A stretch of DNA of 64,000 nucleotides from Hypanus sabinus. Taxonomy: Eukaryota. Made by a program: the position numbers and the translations under genes. Each line of letters begins with the position of its first letter. The stretch's first letter is position 1. The stretch covers positions 16,244,001 through 16,308,000 of the forward strand of contig NC_082723.1 of assembly GCF_030144855.1 (NCBI RefSeq), in the 5' to 3' direction. Positions 61,601 to 64,000 of this stretch are shown here, in pieces. Under the pieces are notes generated by a model. The model had not been told where the DNA came from. It made no database searches and saw nothing but the letters and a program-made list of their open reading frames with translations.

Positions 61601-64000
61601 AGATTTGAAGTTCAGTTAACTTAAACTAAAGAATTGCAACCAGCCTTGGCCTTTAGCCTATAATTCTGGCAGTATAGGCAGAATTAGGTACAATATTTTC
61701 TTTCTGCTTTCAGGCTGAACAACTATTGATCTTCCTGGAATATTACGAACTTTAAAAATATGAATTTTATCAAGCCTGTAATCTTTTTTGATGACTTCTA
61801 GTGGCTTTAGTGGGTTTTCATAACCTGTGATTTCATACAAATTCAGTCATTTGGTTGCAACCATGTTATTTTGCCATAAGTGTTTATGCCCGAAAGAACT
61901 TTGTCAAAATTGTGTCTAGTTAAATTTTAGTAACCAGAAGGAAAAATCCATCTTTTCTAGATCAACTTTTGTATTATGACATCTAGCATCTGCCCTAGAC
62001 TTCAAAGTCTTGTCACATTTATCATTTTAGTTAATGTAGGCTTTAGTATCTTGGATTAGGGAAGAAAACGGTGGGAACAATGAAACTGCCACCATTTGTT
62101 AAGCATTGATCCCTGCAAGAGGAATACATTGTGGTGGTTTTCATACCACATGAAAGAGGTGGTGTATTATCTGGGGCTAGAGTTGACCAGCTCTTCATGT
62201 CAGTGTTCTCTTGAATATTTGCTACTAGGACAAGGCCTATTGATTCCAGTGGAATTGTTCCTTACCAAAACATGGTCTTTAGTAGTGAAAAAGAGGCAAC
62301 ATTTCTTTCTGTAAATGCCAAATCAGAAGGCCATTATTACCTCATTTATGATTACTTTATTTACTGTATGTTCTTTCCATTACTTAAAGAAAATAGGTTA
62401 TTGTTGGTGGTTTTTGCTTGTTGCAATATGGCATGCTAGTGCTGTGGACCCAAATGTTTTCCTTTTTCACTCCCAGTAGTATCAGCCCACTTTCTGGTCA
62501 TGTACTGAATGAACCAGAGTGCTCCCAACACTCCCAGCTTCAAGCCAAGAAGCCCAGCACTTTCTACATTCATGTTACTTTGAAATTAAGGTGGTAAGGA
62601 ATCCCTGTTGATGTGGTTGATAAATCACATTAGAAGCTAGCTTGAGCATCAGTTGGTACAGATCAGCAGAGCTAAGTGGTTTATAGTATAGATGTGTACC
62701 AATGCATGAATGTCTAAAATCTTTACACTACAGGATTATTTTATTTACCATCCTCCATATCAGTGTTTTAAGATTTCTCTTCACTTGGTGTTGTGTGTCA
62801 TTTTATGTTATTGCCGAAGAAGTACTTATCAACTTGCCTGTGGCCAGTTAGATCTTGGCTTCTGAAGATGAACTAGCAGCCTAATCTTGTGCATGGTTCC
62901 TCAGTTTGTGTCTTTCATTAATGCTTTTTTCAACAATTTGGTTAAAGTGGAGTTTGTTGTACTAAAGGTGGTCATGGTGTCCTTTTGTAAAATTGAAGCC
63001 TATCTAAGGCCAATCAAGTTAAATGTATTCTCTGGTATAATTTATTAGGAGGGCTTTCTTCAGCTGCTGGCTTACTGACTGAAGGAAGGTATCAATCCTG
63101 GTTCTTCCATTGAACCACTGAACAATTCAGTTCTGGACATCAAACCATCCAAGACCAGGAGTGATGGCGAATGGTTAGCACAAAGTCAATTGACAGGAAG
63201 AGACAAGGGTGAATTTCTGGTAGGTGTGTTTTGAGCATAAAAGTGGGAATGTTTCAAAGACATTTTATCCTCTGGATGGTACTTCTAATTATTAGTGCTG
63301 TGAACCTTGCCCCATCCAAATTTCTGTTTTAATTTTTCCACATTGAAGCTTCGTGATTAAACAGTGAAATCACTGGATTAAAATGGGAATTGCTGCACTT
63401 GTATTTGTGATTTGGTGTCACACATTCTGTATTACCTCTCGTGTTTACACTGGCAATTTGGCTGCTCTTGCTATTTTTCATTAGCACCCATCTAATTTCA
63501 AAATTTGTTATCATTCCTGTTCTTGTGCAAAGTTGTTACTGAAGGAAGAATTGAACTAATTACCTTAAAATTGATTCAGAAAACTTTTTGAGACTTAAAA
63601 ATTAGCAAGCAACAAGTCAGTGTAGCAGTCAGTCCCAGGCAGAACTTCTCAAAATTCTGTAAATGGGTTCAGGAGGCGACTTTATTTCTGAACTAGGTAC
63701 TGAGGATTGCTGATGGGAACTGATGATGTCAGAGTCCAAATTGATCCTGAAGATTTTCTTGAGTTTACCAGCTGCCCAATTGAAACTTTATTTTTCCTGT
63801 GGCTACATTGTGTCCCAGTGTTTTTATGCAAGGAAGGTTATTTGCTTTGCAGTGCTTGCGCTTAGTGAGAATTAGTGAGAAAAGCAAATGTCCTGACTAA
63901 CATTCAGGGTCGTAATTTGAGGTCCTGATGGATGCCGAACTGAAATTCTTGGATTTCAACTTATTTCACATTGGTGGAAGATTAATGTATTAGTATATTT

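Larger units (their letters stand above)
51342..64000 (+). other. Intron 1 of the FUBP-family gene (incomplete)
   Basis: It begins at the GT donor. I found no IAAKI-encoding exon 2 by eye. The sequence is AT-rich and CpG-poor with TE remnants. Confidence 0.7.

Noticed and set aside
63049-63225. Possible cassette or poison exon in intron 1 (acceptor-like CTTTCTTCAG at 63063; donor-like GTATCA and GTAGGT)
   Set aside because: It does not encode the expected IAAKI exon 2, has an early stop in phase 0, and has weak splice signals. It cannot be supported without RNA-seq or conservation data.
63715-63755. TGATGA...CTGA as a C/D-box snoRNA
   Set aside because: The boxes are too close together and there is no terminal stem or guide sequence.
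1-64000. An intact autonomous transposon or a novel multi-gene system
   Set aside because: Every RT and transposase remnant is truncated or frameshifted, and no unexplained long ORF remains after TE annotation.

Overview
This is eukaryotic vertebrate genomic DNA. The repeat complement (CR1 and Rex1/Babar LINEs, Penelope-like elements, V-SINE/DeuSINE-type SINEs, Tc1, hAT, Harbinger) points to a cartilaginous fish, probably a ray; that is an inference. Positions 1-50,000 are repeat-dense intergenic DNA with nested, decayed transposons, three solo LTRs, a 3.3-kb minisatellite and an assembly gap. The only host gene I can support is the 5' end of a far-upstream-element-binding-protein gene, most likely FUBP3. 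It has a CpG-island promoter at about 50.3-51.6 kb and a 37-codon first coding exon (51231-51341) that the ORF track misses. Its intron 1 runs off the end of the window. Most listed ORFs are TE remnants or spurious. The most interesting signals are: (i) about 8 copies of a minimal hammerhead-ribozyme motif carried by Penelope-derived elements, including a 98-bp 'ribozyme-plus-tail' insertion with a 14-bp target-site duplication; (ii) reconstructable nested insertions (LINE > Tc1 > solo LTR); (iii) a motif-dense FUBP promoter with an overlapping uORF; and (iv) candidate CTCF and enhancer elements in the unique DNA. I find no evidence for a wholly new protein-coding system. All family assignments rest on motif recognition, not database searches.
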